A model generated the notes under the pieces. It did no database searches, was not told where the DNA came from, and worked only from the letters and a program-made list of their open reading frames with translations. A program made the translations under genes and the position numbers. From assembly GCA_035623825.1 (NCBI GenBank), contig DASPSR010000028.1:1-64000 (forward strand): a stretch of 64,000 nt of DNA. The letters are read 5' to 3'. Positions 61,778 to 64,000 of the stretch are shown here, one piece after another (position 1 is the stretch's first letter; the number at the start of each line of letters is the position of its first letter). This DNA comes from Nitrospirota bacterium (lineage in GTDB: Bacteria; Nitrospirota; UBA9217).

Positions 61778-64000
61778 ATGCTCGACAATCTCATCATAGA
61801 AGGGGCGAGACAGAACAACCTCAAGAACATATCCCTCGTCATCCCCCACAACCAGGTGACAGTGGTCACGGGCCTCTCGGGCTCGGGCAAGTCCTCCCTT
61901 GCCTTTGACACGATCTTTGCCGAGGGACAGTGGCGATATATCGAGTCCCTCTCTGCCTACGCGCGCATGTTCCTCGAGAAGGTGAGCAGGCCTGAGCTGG
62001 ATGCAATCCGGAACGTACGGCCCGCTGTCGCCCTGGAGCAGAGAAACCCGGTCAAGACGTCACGTTCCACGGTGGGGACGGTCACTGAGGCAGCAGATTA
62101 TCTGAGAATCCTGTATGCGAAAATCGGGAGGATCTTCTGCCCCCGCTGCGGAAGCGAGGTCAAACAGTTTAACTCCTTGTCAGTGGGGGACGAGATCCTG
62201 CGACTCTATCGTGACCAGAGGTTGCAGGTCCTCTTCCCCGTCGCAGTGCCGAAGGGAGAGCTCCACAATGTCCTGACGGATCTCACGAGGAGAGGGTTCG
62301 GAAGGGTGAAGACGGAGGCCGGGCTCACGGATGCGGACGCGGTCTCGGAACTCCCGCAGGAACCATCCGAGATCTTCGTGATCCTTGACAGGATCGTCGT
62401 GAGGCCCGGGGTCCGTTCCCGTCTTGCAGAATCCCTTGAGACCGCCTTTCTCGAAGGTACAGGCGAGGCGGTGATCGAGACGGAAGGGCAGGTCAGGCGG
62501 TACTCGCTCGCACTTCGGTGTATGAACTGCGGCATTTCATTCGAGCGCCCCCGGCCTCTGCTCTTCTCCTTCAATCATCCCATTGGCGCATGCCCAGAAT
62601 GCAAGGGGTTCGGCAACGTCCTTCGTTACGACGAAAATTTAATTCTGCCTGACCTCTCCCTCAGCCTCGAGGAAGGGGCCATCGAACCATGGACCAAGCC
62701 CGCCTACCGGTGGTGGATGGAGCAGATGCTCGAAGGAGCCCCAAAAGAAAAGATCGACACCGCGCGGCCGTTCCATGACCTTTCGAAGCGGGCCCGCTCC
62801 CTTGTCTTCAAGGGCTCGGATGCCTTCTACGGAGTAAATGACTTCTTCGAGCATCTCGAAAAGAAACGCTACAAACTCCACGTGCGGGTCTTCTTGAGCA
62901 GGTACCGGAGAGCTGTCACCTGCTCCGCGTGCGGGGGGACAAGGCTCAAGCCCGAGGCGCTGCAGGTGAAGATTGCGGGTGTAAATGTGGCTGCGCTCTC
63001 GGCCATGCCGGTGGAACAGCTCAATGAGTGGTTCCGTAACCTCGCACTCTCCGATTTCGAACGCCGGATGTCCCGGGAGCTCGTACGTCGCATAGTGCTC
63101 AAGCTTGCATTTCTTCAGAGTGTCGGCCTCGGTTATCTGACCCTTGACCGCCAGACGAGGACGCTTTCCGGCGGCGAAGCGCAGCGGGTGAACCTGGCGA
63201 ACCAACTCGCGTCGAAATTGACCGGCACCCTCTATGTGCTTGATGAGCCTAGCATCGGGCTCCATTCGCGTGATACGGTGAGGCTCGCACAGATTGTGCG
63301 TGAGCTTGCGGAAATGGGCAATACCGTGATTATCGTTGAGCACGACCGGACGCTCATCGAGGCCGGCGACCATGTCGTGGAGATGGGCCCTGCTGCTGGC
63401 GAGCGCGGCGGACGGGTGGTCTTCGCCGGCCCGATGGCCCCCTTCCGCGAGAGCTCCTGCCTTACAGCGCGGTATCTGCGCGGCGAGGAAAGGATCCCCG
63501 TCCCGAAGAGGAGAAGGAGACAGGAGAAGAGGTTTCTCGTGATCTCAGGAGCCGCTGAGCATAACCTCAAGGACATCGACGTGAAGATCCCGCTTCATAC
63601 TATGACCTGTATCACCGGCGTCTCGGGCTCGGGAAAGTCCACCCTTGTCCAGGACACGCTCTACCGGGCACTGGCGCGCTCTTTCAAAATGTCCTCTGAT
63701 ACGCCGGGGAAATACCGGGACATCTTCGGAATCGAACATGTGAAGGGAGTAAGGCTTATCGATCAGGAGCCCATCGGCAAGACGCCGAGGTCGAATCCTG
63801 TCACCTACGTGAAGGCATTCGATCTCATCCGGAAATTTTATGCGGAGCTCCCCGAGGCGAAGATGAAAGGGCTTACCCCCGGCCATTTCTCCTTCAATGT
63901 TGCAGGAGGACGGTGCGAGATGTGCAGGGGAAGCGGAGTTCGGAAGATCGAGATGTACGTCTTCGGGGACTTCTTCGTCACCTGTGATGAGTGCAGAGGC
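61778..64000 (+). CDS. uvrA: excinuclease ABC subunit A (runs past window end)
   Basis: GARQNNLKN, GLSGSGKSSLAFDT, FSFN.P.GACP.C.G, LSGGEAQR, LDEPSIGLH, second GVSGSGKS; absent from the ORF track because no stop lies in the window. Confidence 0.96.
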   Translation, partial: MLDNLIIEGARQNNLKNISLVIPHNQVTVVTGLSGSGKSSLAFDTIFAEGQWRYIESLSAYARMFLEKVSRPELDAIRNVRPAVALEQRNPVKTSRSTVGTVTEAADYLRILYAKIGRIFCPRCGSEVKQFNSLSVGDEILRLYRDQRLQVLFPVAVPKGELHNVLTDLTRRGFGRVKTEAGLTDADAVSELPQEPSEIFVILDRIVVRPGVRSRLAESLETAFLEGTGEAVIETEGQVRRYSLALRCMNCGISFERPRPLLFSFNHPIGACPECKGFGNVLRYDENLILPDLSLSLEEGAIEPWTKPAYRWWMEQMLEGAPKEKIDTARPFHDLSKRARSLVFKGSDAFYGVNDFFEHLEKKRYKLHVRVFLSRYRRAVTCSACGGTRLKPEALQVKIAGVNVAALSAMPVEQLNEWFRNLALSDFERRMSRELVRRIVLKLAFLQSVGLGYLTLDRQTRTLSGGEAQRVNLANQLASKLTGTLYVLDEPSIGLHSRDTVRLAQIVRELAEMGNTVIIVEHDRTLIEAGDHVVEMGPAAGERGGRVVFAGPMAPFRESSCLTARYLRGEERIPVPKRRRRQEKRFLVISGAAEHNLKDIDVKIPLHTMTCITGVSGSGKSTLVQDTLYRALARSFKMSSDTPGKYRDIFGIEHVKGVRLIDQEPIGKTPRSNPVTYVKAFDLIRKFYAELPEAKMKGLTPGHFSFNVAGGRCEMCRGSGVRKIEMYVFGDFFVTCDECRG

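Noticed and set aside
62206-63886. Several minus-strand ORFs at the window end
   Set aside because: Shadows of uvrA on the plus strand

Overview
Mostly core chromosome of a GC-rich diderm bacterium with LPS (lptD). Gene content and the 16S fragment suggest a Nitrospirota- or Desulfobacterota-like organism, which is an inference only. The window starts in the 5' part of a 16S rRNA gene with two tandem promoters. It then carries tyrS, ribF, gap-pgk-tpiA-secG, ABC transporters, hemE-hemH-hemY, a pterin operon, a galT-glgA-GAF kinase-receiver locus, rlmD, secA, a cell-envelope run (amidase-GerMN-murI-zf-HC2-folC-lptD-cutA-HhH-GPD), dinG, glgB and a uvrA that runs off the end. Two accessory-looking regions stand out. 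One is an AT-richer glycosylation island (about 32.8-39.4 kb: GT-C-like protein, methyltransferase-GT2 fusion, TMTC-like TPR protein). The other is the segment between glgB and uvrA (about 57.1-61.7 kb). It holds the best candidate for an undescribed system: an overlapping three-gene operon of a compact membrane histidine kinase, a REC-TPR-HEPN(RxxxxH) response regulator and a degenerate MotB/ZorB/OmpA-like membrane protein, next to a frameshifted mgtA remnant. Also notable are an unannotated 21-aa Cys/Lys-rich microprotein gene with its own RBS and terminator, at least seven apparently leaderless or short-leader genes, and palindromic elements inserted in frame in the TMTC-like gene. All family calls come from motif recognition by eye, with no database searches.
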